A stretch of DNA of 64,000 nucleotides from Octopus vulgaris (GCA_951406725.2 OX597821.1:67704001-67768000); one strand, 5' to 3'. Shown: positions 26,306 to 40,083, counted from the first letter of the stretch. A program made the numbers and translations. Notes: a model not told the origin generated them from the letters alone.

Positions 26306-27206
26306 CGAATATATTTAAGCAAACGTAAAAATCTAATCCAATATAATATAGTGAAAGTATAAAAAAAAAGAAAATACATAATATAAATTATACAAAAATT
26401 ATTATAGGATAAAACTGAAACGGATTAAAATCATGTAAAAATATGATAAAATACAGATTTATGTAATCTGCCATAGTCAGTCGCTGTATAATCTGTTCAA
26501 TTAGAAGAGATCGAAGAACAAGGTGTAATATAGTTAAATACATTTAGACGAAAAAAAACTTAACGAAACTTAATAAACTGACGGTGTAAAAGAAAATTCC
26601 AAGTTGTAAGTTCAATAATTTAATAAGCAAAATTAATGGATGACGTTAATTGAGTCAAAGGTTAAACAATTACAGGAATTTATTTAACGACGGAACTACG
26701 CAGAGATTCCAAGTTCTTGGTTTATCAGTGTCTATTGTGTAGTTTTTGTGATTGATCTTTATTAAATTGCCAAGCTATAATAATTAAAAGACGTGTTGGT
26801 GTTTGTTGCAATGTACTTTTGTTATTAGTGACAACAATAAGCTTTATGTTGTAACTGCGTTCTATCTTAACATTAACGGTTATAGAGGTTAGCAATAGTG
26901 GGACATCATTATGTTTGTTTGTTTTTTTATCGATATCATTACACTCATTGCATTTCGCTTTATAGTTTCTAACATCCTAGACCTGTATATCTCCGACGAT
27001 CATCCATTTTCTCACTACATTTTGAGAAGCATCACTGTTTAAAACTTCGAAATACTATCAGCACATACACATAACTATACATACATGTAAAGACACTCAT
27101 ACACGGACAGACACACACACATATACATTTAGCTATAAATATATACATATATACATATATATAAACATACATATATGATTATGTATATATATGCAAATGT
27201 ATATAC

Positions 27207-27250
<44 letters not shown>

Positions 27251-27253
<3 letters not shown>

Positions 27254-27372
27254 AAAAACGCTTACTTTCTGGTGTTTACTAAATTTTCTAGAGAACAATT
27301 CTTAGTTGTAAGACCATAGCGGATCTTCTTCTAGCATAAAGGTTTCCACATAGTGGTAAATTCCCTCTTACA
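27251..27372. repeat. Unclassified dispersed repeat between microsatellites (second copy about 51975-52072)
   Basis: Shared ctaaattttct(a/t)gagaaca(a/t)ttcttagt(t/g)gtaagaccatagcggatct..ttctagcata..ggtttcc. Confidence 0.8.
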
Positions 27373-27404
27373 TGTATGTAATACTCTCTCTCTCTCTCTC
27401 TCTA

Positions 27405-27440
<36 letters not shown>

Positions 27441-27447
<7 letters not shown>

Positions 27448-27600
27448 GTCTGGGGAGAATCAGTCTATTTAAATACATTATTAATTAACACTCTCACCGG
27501 TTCGATTTCCGCTCATTTACTTTTTTTATTTCTAAAATTTTCTCTTCTTCTTGCAACCTCATCAGCAGGTGTTGACACTATCCGTTAGCTGTGGTCTCTT
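27441..27600 (-). mobile_element. Putative PLE terminal fragment with a degenerate hammerhead (27529-27568)
   Basis: Minus strand: CTGATGA ggttgcaagaagaaga GAAA atttt a. Stem II right arm is decayed; the 3' end abuts (TA)n. Confidence 0.35.
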
Positions 27601-28164
27601 ATAAGTTTGTTTGTCCATATGTGTGTGCGTCAGTGTGCTTGTGTATACACATATATATGTATTTATGCATATATGTGTGTGTGTATGTATGTATATATGC
27701 GTGCGTGTTTCTGCATATATATATATATGTATGTGTGTGTATATGCATATATGTATATATGTATGCGTGTGTGTACTATTGTTTGTTTTCTGCATATTCA
27801 TGTGTTTGTGTATTCATCTTTGTGTGTTTGTATGTTTGTATGTATGTGTGTGTATTTGTGTGTGTACCTCTGTCTCCTTGTGTGTGCATGTTTGAGGGTG
27901 TCTATGCGTATGGGTTTGTTTGACTATGTACGTGCATCTCTTATGTATGTATGCGTGTCTCCATATGTGTCATTGTGTGTTTGTATGTGTGACGTGCGCG
28001 TGTGAATGTGGTCATGTTTTTTTGTGTATGTATGTGTGTATGCGTGTATGTGTGTGTGTATCTATCTACGTATCTATCTGTTTGCTTACATATCCATTTG
28101 CCTATACATACATACATACATACATACATACATACATACATACATACATACATACATACATACA

Positions 28165-28199
<35 letters not shown>

Positions 28200-28508
28200 G
28201 GTATCTGGCATGATGGAGGTTCTCCCACCTCCTGAAGAAAGAGGCGAGCTTATTCAATAATAGACCCTAATAACTCCTGAAACAGCCGCAGGACTTTTAA
28301 AACTTTACCTATCATTTTTTCTGTAAGCTGAACTGTGTATCCTTAATATCCACACACATTTACATTTGTGTTTACAATTAAATTTATCTTTATATGTAAA
28401 TACATGTACCTGGGTTGCTTGTCGTTACTTTAGTTATCTAACGGTTCAAGTTCTAATCTCTTCCAAATGTGTTTCTACATAGAGAGAGAACATCTTTCCT
28501 CAAAATAT

Positions 28509-28734
28509 TGTTTGTTTCTGCTCGGCCAATTTCCCGGTTTCCATGGCGTATAGGTTCCCCACCTGGACGGGACGCCGGTCCGTCGCAGGTGAGTAGCAAG
28601 ATGCAGGAGGAAAGAGTGAAAGAAAGTGGTAGCGAAAGAGTCAACAGAAGTTCGCCATTAGCTTCTGCAAGAGCCGCGTGGATCTTAGGTGTTTCGCTCA
28701 TAAACACACATATCGCCCGGTCTGAGATTCGAAC
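28509..28734 (-). mobile_element. 5'-truncated family D SINE with 11-bp TSD
   Basis: TSD cctcaaaatat at 28498-28508 and 28735-28745. Body is the reverse complement of 20303-20515. Confidence 0.9.
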
Positions 28735-29196
28735 CCTCAAAATATAAACTATATATTGTATATTATAGATAGATAGATACATACATACATGCATACAAAC
28801 ATACATACATACAAACATACATACATACATGCATGCATGCATGCATGCATACATACATACATAATACATACATACATACATACATACATACATAAATACA
28901 TACATACATACATGCATGCATGCATGCATGCATGCATATACATACATACACACATACATACATACATACATACATACATACATACATACATACATACGTA
29001 TAGATGTGTGCGTAGGCGTCCATGAATGTGTGAGTATCTCTGTCAGTCTCTGTGAGTTTACTTGGTTAGGACATGTGCTTTTCTATGACATGAAATAGAG
29101 ATGCTATAAAGTTATATATACGCTTAACTGCCTAACATGATATGCATATATGCCTATACATATAGGTCCAAGTGTATATACATATAATTATACCTA

Positions 29197-29252
<56 letters not shown>

Positions 29253-30214
29253 TGCGCGTGTGTGTGTGTGTAGAGTGAGTGAGAGAGTGAGAATAAAAGA
29301 GAATGAGATACATATGCATAGTGTATATATGTGTGTGTGTGTGTGTGTGTATGTGTATATGTGGGAGTGTGGGTGTATATGTGCGTCCGCGTGTATGAAA
29401 AGAAAGAGATAGACAGATAGAGAAACTGAAGGGATAGATTTAAACACGTACAACTCTGACAGCCCAGTTCATTTAATCACGAATGTCTCTAATCTTTCGT
29501 TCTAATCATATATTGGGAAAAACATTAAAACATTGATGGAATCTCTCATAAATTATCTTGACAACGTTCTGCGTCTCTTGTGCAGAGTTATCTTATCCTA
29601 ACAGGTTTAGTGTCGAGAAGGTCATCTGATTTCGTTTGTACCCAATGTTCAAACGTTGTGTGTCACCAATCAATTCCTCTATGCGAGTTAGTTCCTGGCG
29701 AGAGAAAGACAGAGGGTGGGAGGAAATAGGGAAAGAGAGAAAGAGAGAAAGAGAAAAAGAATGAGAATGAGAAAGAGAGGGGAAACTTGTTGCTTGGTTT
29801 TTATATCGATGTTGATTTCATGTTAGAATACTTCGTTATCAGAAGAAGAGTTCGTGCAGAGGGCGATGGAATGGTAGAAACGCATGAATGACGGATTAAA
29901 AGCCAAATTGTATTTATTTTCGTTTCTCTCTCTCTACTTGTGTGATATGTATTGGAATCCTCCTGGGGTTCAGTCTTCTCTTTTCATCATTTCTGGTTTC
30001 ATTATTATAAGTTCTCCCAATTTACTCGGGTTTAAGAGGAGTGGTCAACGGAACTGGTTACACTGCTGCTTTATAATGAGTGTACTAGCGCCTAAAATTA
30101 GCCATACCTTTTAGAAATTGCTGATGTTGTTCTTGTTGGTGGAGTTGATGGAATATACCTCTGCTCAGAGATTTTCCAGCCATGAACATCATGTCTGTTT
30201 ACATATATATATAC

Positions 30215-30301
<87 letters not shown>

Positions 30302-30359
30302 TATACATATATATATAGATACATACATGCATACATGCATACATACATACATACATACA

Positions 30360-30408
<49 letters not shown>

Positions 30409-30409
<1 letters not shown>

Positions 30410-31050
30410 ATTGTTAAACAGGACAGCAATCATTAGGGCAAGGCAAACGACTCAAGTCGTATACAATTGGGAATAATTCAAAATCTTACACAGCTGTTTC
30501 TGGGATATATCCGTGTGTGGGATATACCGTCATCAGAGACAAATAGGAAAAAATTAGGGAAATGAGAATGGTATATATTAATAGGATGACGACATAGTGG
30601 AAGGGAGTAAAAGAATAAGGAAATGGAAAGAACGAAGAAAAAGAAGCATAAAAGTTCATAGTTCAACTTTCCGAATTATAGAAACCGGGGCATAAGCCCT
30701 TAGGTGCAATCCTGCGTAGATCCATGAGCGTAAGTCCTTCGCTGTAATCCTGTGTATATCCATGTGGGTTAAAATCCTGATATAGTAGACATCCGAAGAA
30801 AACAAGAGGCTAATATATAAACGTTCAATAACAGAATGGTAGTGGGGGCGGCTATCTACATCTCTTTCTGTTTCCTTTCTTTTCTTTTCTTTACTATTAC
30901 CACATGATAGTGTTCCGGTTTCTATAACTTCGGGAGGTTGAACTATGAACTTGTATACTTCTTTTTCTTCTTTCTTTCCATCTCCTTATTGTTTTACTCC
31001 CTTCCTCTATGTCGTCATCTCATTAGCAAATCACCTGTGTGCTAAACCCC
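30409..31050 (-). mobile_element. PLE-like insertion with inverted duplication (arms 30585-30688 and 30915-31019), flanked by microsatellites
   Basis: About 104-bp arms at about 90% identity, 226-bp spacer, with a hammerhead motif next to the left arm. Confidence 0.65.
30483..30540 (-). ncRNA. Type I hammerhead ribozyme-like motif
   Basis: tct CTGATGA cggtatatcc-cacacac-ggatatatccca GAAA cagctgt gta aga. Core boxes are intact, with hairpin stem II and palindromic ACAGCTGT stem III. There is an extra gt at the cleavage site. Confidence 0.6.
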
Positions 31051-31098
31051 ATACTTTATATACATACACACACACACATATATAAAATATATACATGC

Positions 31099-31138
<40 letters not shown>

Positions 31139-31254
31139 AAGTATGTATGTATGTATATGTATGTATATATAAATATATATATATATTTATATATATAAAT
31201 ATATATATATATGTATGTATGTATGTATATATGTATGCATGTGTATATTTTCAT

Positions 31255-32144
31255 TGTGTACAAATAACACGGAAAAAAATTTTAAAATTACCAGGGTTAT
31301 AGGCGCAGGAGTGGCTGTGTGGTAAGTAGCTTGCTTACCAACCACATTGTTCCGAGTTCAGTCCCACTGCGTGGCACCTTGGGCAAGTGACTTCTACTAT
31401 AGCCTCGGGCCGACCAAAGCCTTGTGAGTGGATTTGGAAGACGGAAACTGAAAGAAGCCCGTCGTATATATGTATATATATATATATATATATGTGTGCA
31501 TGTATGTTTGTGTGTCTGTGTTTGTCCCCCTAGCATTGCTTGACAACCGATTCTGGTGTGTTTATGTCCCCGTCACATTAGCGGTTCGACAAAATAGACC
31601 GATAGAATAAGTACTGGGCTTACAAAGCATAAGTCTTGGGGTCGAGTTGCTCGACTAAAGGCGGTGCTCCAGCATGGCCGCAGTCAACTGACTGAAACAA
31701 GTAAAAGAGAAAGAGTAGATAGCAAAAACTCACATAAGTGCCTAGGATGTTACAGCCTACACATAAAGGTAGAAGTTCCAGGGTTTAGTGAAATGTTTTT
31801 GTATTTCATAGATAAATTAAGAAATGGTGTTAAGCAAGTGTTATTGAAATCTTCCGACATATGTTTCGAAGAAAACATTAGTATTATTCCTGACGGAATA
31901 AAATGATGTAAAACAATGAAATCATCTAGTCAGGGAAAAAAGAGAAACAAAACACATTAATAAGCCATTTTAACCGAATGGCTTATTGATGTGTTTCGTT
32001 TCTCTGTTTTTTCCTGGCGAGATGATTACATTGTTTTACATAATTTTATACACTGAGGAATAATAATGATGTTTTCTTCGAAACATATCTCGGAAGTATA
32101 AACATTTGAATAACACCTGCGTTTAACTCCATTTCTTAATTTAT
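31255..32144. mobile_element. PLE pseudo-LTR (minus strand, homologous to 50830-51100) plus inverted partial copy forming a 333-bp palindrome; interrupted by a family A SINE
   Basis: Arms 31812-31969 and 31977-32144 around loop ttaaccg. Each arm carries a degenerate hammerhead (ctgacta or ctggcga ... tcttcGAAAcatat(g/c)tc ggaa). Confidence 0.8.
31302..31715 (+). mobile_element. SINE family A, full length, nested in a PLE pseudo-LTR
   Basis: ggcgcaggagtggctgtgtggtaag...gtaaaagagaaagag. The flanks cagggt...tagcaaaa are contiguous in the 50873 copy. Confidence 0.94.
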
Positions 32145-32689
32145 ATACATATATATATATACAACTAAAAATAAGGGTGTCTGAGAGACACCACCATGCC
32201 GAAATGTGTATGTTTGTGTGTGTGTGTATTTTTGTGTTTAATTGTAATAGAAACAATTTTACATTTATCCAAGGTTTCTTCTCTATGCTTTAGTATAGTA
32301 CAAGTTTATTCTTGAAAAAGGATATTGGTGATAGTGACTTCGCAGTTTCGGCTAGTTGAGCCATTAGAGTCCGACGATGGTTTAACTGGCCGAACCTTCG
32401 ATTCTCCTAAGTATAAACATACACACAGCGCGCGCGCAGATATATATATATATAGAGAGACACACGCATGTGCATGCACACACCCGGTCCCATACGTGCA
32501 CACACAGGCTCACAATTTTAAGCTCACCCACACATGCATTCATACGCACACACCTCCATTCACACATACACACTCACACAGAACATTCTTATATACACAC
32601 CCTAATTGCAACCGGGTCACCGTTATAATCTTCCCTTCACTTAGCCTTTTTCTTGCTGTCGTTTCATCATGTTGAACGGTTAATCCCTA

Positions 32690-32874
32690 CACATTTCTTT
32701 CTCTTTCCATTCTTTTCTTTATTTTTCCGCTCCCTTTTTGTTTTTCTTCTTTTGATTTTCAACCCTCTCTGTCGAAGAGCACAGCATCGAAACGTCAAAG
32801 ATTTTCCATTGTTCTCGAGCGTCAAACCAATACACCAGTTTGTTGTTCCCTCATCTGTCTTCGTCTTTTGCTTT

Positions 32875-32878
<4 letters not shown>
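32690..32878 (+). mobile_element. Second copy of the 2511-2700 repeat with hammerhead-like motif (32765-32800)
   Basis: CTGTCGA a gagcacagcatc GAAA cgtc aaag...cgagcgtcaaaccaatacac...ctgtcttcgtcttttg, then (TA)n. Confidence 0.55.
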
Positions 32879-32925
<47 letters not shown>

Positions 32926-33102
32926 AATTAGAGAGAAAGAGATACATACATGCATATATATATAAAGGCTTAGTGCCTCTTGTTTGATTTTCTTTTCACA
33001 TGACTTAATATAGAATTTTAAATTCTTTCTGTTTAGACTTTGCATATGTCCCTCCTAAGTTGTTTTTCAGACAAATGAAGATATATTTTCTCCTTCTTCG
33101 TC

Positions 33103-33429
<327 letters not shown>

Positions 33430-33814
33430 TGTGTCTGTTAATTAATTTCTTCGAATATAGCGCCGAACGTACCTCTGTTGCTATCTACCTAATTTAATTC
33501 TATGTAATGTCAAAATCTTATTAATTTTAATAGATTTAAAATTTATAACCAGAAGATAATTTAAAGTAGAAATCACTTAGAAAAAAACTACTACAATTTT
33601 TATTAAAATAATAAGAATTATCGAAAAAATATAACTATTAAAACCGAACCAGCATACGCATAAACACTCGTGTACACACATATGTCTAGTTTTGGAAATA
33701 TTTTATATGTTTGTGTGTATGTGTGTTTATGTATAAGCTGTGTTTGTGCGTTTGTTTGCGTACGTATAGGTGTATTCATACATACATACATACATACATA
33801 CATACATACATACA

Positions 33815-33847
<33 letters not shown>

Positions 33848-34195
33848 TGTGAGTTTTTCATGTAGAGATGTTGGTACATCATCTGTGTGTGCATCTGCGT
33901 GTACATAGTTGTATGTACAAAGGACCTACACGATACAATAATGGAAATATCCTCATTTTAAAGCGTCATTTAGATGAAAAATTTATTTTTTGCCCCCACT
34001 GTATAATGGTTTAACTAATTTGGGCGAGAAGAGCGAAACTGTTCTGGTTAAATGAGCTAATATTGACAATGCAGCTGCAGATTATCTCTAAAACTGGGAG
34101 AATTCTTTGGAATTCTACACACAGAATTTCAACGCCATTCTATACACAGAACTTGAGCGCCTTTCTTCTCGACTGGTTCTATCCTGTGCTCATTA

Positions 34196-35505
34196 CAAGG
34201 TAGCGCAAAGAGCACGACGTTTTTGGAAAATTCACCAAATCATTAATTTTAGCTGCAAACAGATTTTATTGACAACAGTGTTCATAGTGAAATAGCATTT
34301 GTCAAAATCAAGCTCGGAAAAATAACATCCATCAATTGGTGTTCGTTTTCGTTGATGCATTTCTGAAGGCATTCTTGGAAGTTGGGCTCCAATCTCTCCA
34401 GTATTGCTTTGTCGATTTGAGTGACTTCCACGCGAATATCTTCCTTCAAATTGTCGGAGGTTATGTGCATGCACACGTGCCTTGAGGTTTCCCCACAAGG
34501 ACTAATCACACATGGAAAAATCAGGAGACTGAGGGAGATAAGGAATGTAAGCACACCTGGACATGAGGCAGTCACCGAAGAGTAGGCGAAGAATGTCCAT
34601 TGATGTTTTTGCTGTATGGGCGGTCGCTCCATCCTGATGAAGCCACACGCGTCGAATAGGCATACGTAATTCAAGCACGAAGTTGTTTATCTTCCCGATG
34701 TAACGCTCGGAGTTCGCAGTAACAGCATTTCCATTGTCTTCAAGAAAGTAAGGACCAATGACGGCAGCTTTTCCAATAGCAGACCAGACCGTCACTTTGG
34801 GACTGTGTAGTGGTCATTCGTGCAGTTCTCTCGGATGTTCAAGAGCCCAATGACGACAATTCTGTTTATTCACCATGCCATTGAGATGAAAATGAGATTC
34901 ATTCATCAACAAAATGAAGTTATCCCTTGCCTCAAAAATTGCTTCCATCTGACGTGCAAAGTTAAGCCACTATGCATAGTCCCATGGTTTCAACTGTTGC
35001 CAAATGAACAGTTTGTACGGCTGGAAATGCAGGTCTGCAAGCAAAATTCGCCTTAACGATCGATTACCGATGTCAAGTTCAGTGGAATGCCTCCGAGCAG
35101 AGTAATTCGGACTCCGTATCAAAGCTTGTCTAACGCGTTCCACATTTTCTGGGGTCTGTACCGTTAGTGGAGCCCCCACCGGTCTCCTATTCATTAGAGT
35201 ACGTCGTATATGAAATGCATTCGACCAACGTAAGATTGTTTTACGGGTGGGAACAGCCTGATGTCGATAGATGTTGAAGTAGCGCCGAAAATTACGCTGA
35301 AATATTGTGATACACTCGTTATTCTTTACGTAACTGCCGTTGGTAAACACGCGATACTCTGTCGTCAGCAGAGTCAGGGCTTCACCTGAAAAGAAAAAAA
35401 TGCTACGACACAACTGGCCGAATGGTATCCGTCGGATATATGTCCCTCCCCCTGGGCCTGAGTTACAACCATTTCGAAATCGTCCATCCTCTGTGCCCCA
35501 CCCTG
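34196..35505 (-). mobile_element. Full-length (1310 bp) decayed DD41D/rosa-type Tc1/mariner transposon
   Basis: Imperfect TIRs TA|caaggtagcgcaaagagcacgacg and TA|cagggtggggcacagaggatggacg. N-terminal HTH region (PTRKTILRW...TPENVERVR...RSP..SARR), LMNESHFHLNGMVNKQNCRHW (first D changed to N), QDGATAHT...PQSPDFSMCD with exactly 41 residues between D2 and D3, then WGNLKARV. Stops and frameshifts are present. Confidence 0.95.
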
Positions 35506-35507
35506 TA

Positions 35508-37250
35508 CTATTTATCATGTACGTCTAATATAGGCTCCAGTGGGCGTGTTGAAACACCATGCTGAGAGGAATCAAATCCATGACGAAGAACGAGGAAGAA
35601 TCTAGTTCCCTTGATATCAGCATTGCCACGTTCTCAACCATTAGAAAAGCGTCTATTTCTCCACTTTTTCATAGCCTCACTCATTAGATTTTCTGAACTT
35701 TCATACGTTTAGTGACTGTATTATCCATGAGTGCGATACCATATAGTGAGCGTCTTGAAATCTACCCAGACCATTTGCAAATCGTTTGTTCACATATGCA
35801 AAATTTCTCAGAACCATTTTGTCGGCGGCCTCATGAACTTTTATTCCCTGTAACCGTTGCTGCAGCCTTTCTTCTGGTCGGATAGTGAGCATGTGTATCT
35901 ACGCATGCTCAGCAATTATTCCCCTTAGAATTTTTCAAACCAAGTTAAGGCATGCAACAGGACAATAATTAATGATCACAGGAAGCTCTGATATGTCTTT
36001 CGTGTTAAGGGGCGTTCATACTTCAACTACCTGGTCTAGCACAGCATCATTAAAAGTGTATTGCTGTAGGTGAAAACTATTCTGACCAGGTTCTTTCTAT
36101 TTACTGCCGTGGTTACCAGCATCCTTTTCAATGTCACCGATCATTTTGCATCTCTCTTCTGAGACGCTGTATGAGACCATAGACTTGACTAAAAATGTAT
36201 TGCTTCTCCCAGATCAGGAAGCATACACATTCCGATTTCACCACTCAAATTCCTTTAAAACTGCTACAGGTTTGAACAAAAGAGATAATTCAGCTCATAT
36301 TTAGCAATTGTTTCCGAATATCTCCTGATCTTAACAGCATCACAGGAAATCTACTTGTAAATTTCCCCCATCAATGTTCGAAAACCCTCCTCTTTCAGAC
36401 TGCTTTTCTTTTCGAGCACTCTCTGTTGATAATGCTAAGCATTCTCCCAACACGCCTTATACCAAATCTCTGTCTTTCCAAGAAGCTTCCTCAGAATTGC
36501 TGTTTAATTCAATTCATGTCTTTCACCAGACTTATTGCTCTTTCCCTTGTCCTTCTGATTAGAGCCTATACATTCTCCTACTACATAAGCAGCTGTCCAA
36601 AACAAATTTCGTAACTCTGTGATATCGTTTATGTTATAGGACTCTATCTACCTTCAAGGTTTCACTATGAAGTTTCTTTCTCATTGGCAAATTGTAGGAT
36701 GATTAAAATTTCTTTTGTTTAATAAACACTATCAATTCGTGAGTATTTCGTGTTCATCATCTTCTACGCTGCTGTACGCTGTTCCCGGCGTACGACATCT
36801 CGACTACCATATTTCATTGCACCCGTAACACTATCCTGGTTTCACCTATCCCGTTTATTACATCCTCCACTCTTCTCTCAGCTTCATTAACAATGATTTC
36901 ATCGTTATTTATATCCAAAGGCTCATCAAAATGATAAATATCTTTCCGTCTTCTTTCAACAATGCGTTTTATTCTTCATTTTCTACGACGGCAAACCAGT
37001 TTTATCATATCGCACTGATTTCTCACAAAAGTTGTTCCACGCTGATCTCAAATATTCCCTTTTCTTTCACGGTTAGCAAACCTATTCTCTAATGCCAAGT
37101 TTACAAAGGACTTCGGTTTCATAGAAGCATTCAAGAGTAGCACTGTCATCGTCTTTTGACCAAGGTTTTCAACCTTCAAATTTCTCCTCTCTTCTTCCAT
37201 GTCTATCCTGGGATACAGGGTTGCTTTTGGGGACTTACAAATGATGATGT
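35508..37250 (-). mobile_element. Decayed R4/Dong-like (RLE-clade) non-LTR retrotransposon, N-terminus to RT core
   Basis: Ordered motifs ECFYET, KEPGQN (KAPGPD), NYCPVACLNLV*KIL, QKKGC, DKMVLRN, MVWVDFK..YMVSHSWIIQSL, MKKWR, FFVMDLIPLSMV, TYMIN (YMDD-like). It probably continues about 100 bp left of the DD41D insertion. Confidence 0.8.
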
Positions 37251-37989
37251 ATGGGAGCCAAGTTTGCTATTTTCAATCTATCATGCCCGACCATGATACC
37301 TCCAATTACTCATTCGGAGTTTACTTGTTATTTCATTATTTCTCGCCATCACTCTGGGAATGAGTTGGTTGATACAGGGTTAGTCTTTACCTCTTGTGTT
37401 TATTGTTATTTACATCTAATCATTGAGACAAGACACCAGCACTAAATTCATTGCGATCCGAGGCACGAATAGTTCCATCACCCTCGGTAGGCTTACCACT
37501 CGCCAGGACACCAAGCCAGGTATTCTTGTGTCTCGAGTAATCTGTCGAACGTGGTTACATATAGACAGACATTATCTGTAGGTGTGAAAATTTGAATTAC
37601 ATCAAGTTTTAGTTCATGAGGTGTTTTTGGTTCTCGTTTTTTATTTCATTTTGTAAACACGAATGTTCGGAACAGTTGAATATCTTTCTTATTTCTTGAG
37701 CCAAAGAAAAAATTTGGCTTTATAAGTTATATTACTTAATAATATATTGTAAGTTAATTATCTATAAGCCTTCATATGGTAGAGTAATAGTAAGCGTTCC
37801 TGGCCACAAACTTGGAAGCGGTAGATACACCAACAAAGAATTTTTGATAATAGTTTTGAAAGGGATGTCACAGAGTATTGTCGAAGTAATAACTCAGAGT
37901 ACATTCTAACAAAATAATTTACACTTCCACAAATGAAAAGATAGCGATATTTCTAAAAACGTTAATAATTAAAGGTGCCGTTTTGTTTA

Positions 37990-38600
37990 CATTACAAACC
38001 AAAGAGATTGTTGGAAAACAAAAGAGCAAGTGTGAGATATGTTACATGTGCCACAGCCTCCTTACCTGTAGATTGCGTTGAGACATGAGAAAGGATGACG
38101 GGGTTAGGGCGTATGAAAGTGTATGCTTGATCTTTAAGATCAGAGAGAAGGCGAAGGAACAAGTAGGCACATATTGGGCCACAGTTTGGGTTGCAATTTT
38201 TAGAGAAATGAAATAAACAGAGAATCCAGTAATAATTGGTATTAGTGTTGATCTGTGGCACCTCTTCATCTTTGCATTACAGTATGAATAGTTCGTGAGC
38301 ACGAAGTTGAGATAGAATAATATATTCGCGTATAGGATCTGTTCAGGGCATATAACTCCCACTGAACCCTCAGAAGAACAGATACTTTTTATGTAGTCAC
38401 TTTGTTGTAGGTGCGGAAATGAAAGCATTCTACCTGTTGATACAAGGCAGAAAACCTAGCTGCTATACATGTGGGAGTAGCAGCTATTTGAAGGCTTTTT
38501 CCAATGATGCTTATGAAGTAGAAGAGGAACGGAAAAAGCGTGACTGACGATAGGAAGGAGAATACCAACAACAAAAATCAGGTAAAAAAGATATATTTTC
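37990..38600 (+). mobile_element. L1/Tx1-type ORF1 (gag-like zinc knuckle) remnant
   Basis: FYLLIQGRKPSCYTCGSSSYLKAF(S) at 38428-38502 is a decayed GR.P.CX2CX4HX4C, followed by a purine-rich charged region. Confidence 0.55.
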
Positions 38601-39164
38601 CAAACCTTTACTTGCCAGAGTTCCAAGGGCAGACGGAAGACATTGTATCTTCTTCAGGAATCGGTTACTTGTAATCTAAGGAGTACCTCAAGTATTGGAG
38701 ACAAAAGAAGGGTGACTAAGCTGTTAATGGCTGTAGTTGAAAGAGAGGTGAAACACAAGGGAAAAATACACAATCCTAAGCTAAAGCAGATGCAAGATCC
38801 AGAAGAAGACTCAATTCGACGTAGAAATCATGAGATTCAGGAACATTTAGATGCATACAAAGAAGTAATAATTGGTTGAGGGACAAGATTTGCTAGCATG
38901 AACAATAAGAGGAAGATATTGAATATCGTTTGGTTTGAGGGAAAGAGAATACGGCAGAGGTACGTTATAAGAGACACTGACCTCTTTCCGACGGAATACA
39001 TTGAGGAATGCTCGTTTTGCCTTCTGAGATTAAATCCTGCTGAACAACATTGGCTTTCGTCCTTTGGTGATGGTTAAAATAAAACTCCAGTTAGGTACTG
39101 ATCAAGTAAGACATCACTCTACAAAAGAAAATCGTGGCCTTCTAACTATGTTAGAATTATAAAG

Positions 39165-39380
39165 CCTGCAACTCGGTAGAATCATTAGACCAGCTAACAA
39201 AATGCCTTCAGTATTTCATCCTGCAACATACATTCTTGGTTCAAATTCAACAGGCATCAACTTTACTCTCAATCTTCCGGGGCGGTAAGATTGCGTACCA
39301 GTCGAGTACAGAGATCGATATCATCGACTATTAATCTCCCGCAAATTTCAAACCTTATGCCTCAGTAAGAAACTAGTTAT
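39165..39380 (+). mobile_element. Very old family B SINE
   Basis: gtagaatcattag...aaatgcc..cagtatttc...ggttcaaattc...gtaccagtcgagtac...gatatcatcgact...aaatttcaaaccttatgcct. Confidence 0.65.
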
Positions 39381-39443
39381 TTTATTATTATTATTTCTAA
39401 TCTCATTTTGGTTGCCGATCTTCACAGCATTATAGTTGCTGCT

Positions 39444-39444
39444 G

Positions 39445-39505
<61 letters not shown>

Positions 39506-40083
39506 AACTACTACTATTACTACTACTACTACTACTACTACTACCACTGCTACTGCTGTTGCTGCTGCTTTTGCTACTGCTGCAATAATATCCGCACGGG
39601 CTGTTGCAAACACTTGCTGTACATCAATCTTGAAAGTCTACACTTTGATGAATAATCTGATTAATTAATTAACGAACATTTATTGCAGCGCTTCGAAACA
39701 CATTATATTGCCTCAGTTTCACTGCTGCACCTCGTGTGCTTCAGTGATGAATTGCGTCTGTGAAAGCGAGTATAATGCTTGTATCTATCTGTAAGCAGAA
39801 GTGTGTTTCTCGATTAGAGTATATGGTTTGTAAAAGAGGTAGACGGCGATGGATAAGGTACGATACTATGTGGTGATGGTGCTGTTGGTGGTGCTGGTGG
39901 TGCTGGTGGTGCTGGTGGTGGTGATGGCGCAGGGAGGAGGGCAGATGGTGATGGGCGTTACCAAGTGTAGTAGTTATTATAGTTTCGATAGTTACTGCAG
40001 TGGTGACCGTGGTGGCGCTGTTAGCGGCAGTTGTGGTGTTTGCCTGAGCCGTTGCTAATAGTGATATTAATGAGATATATATG

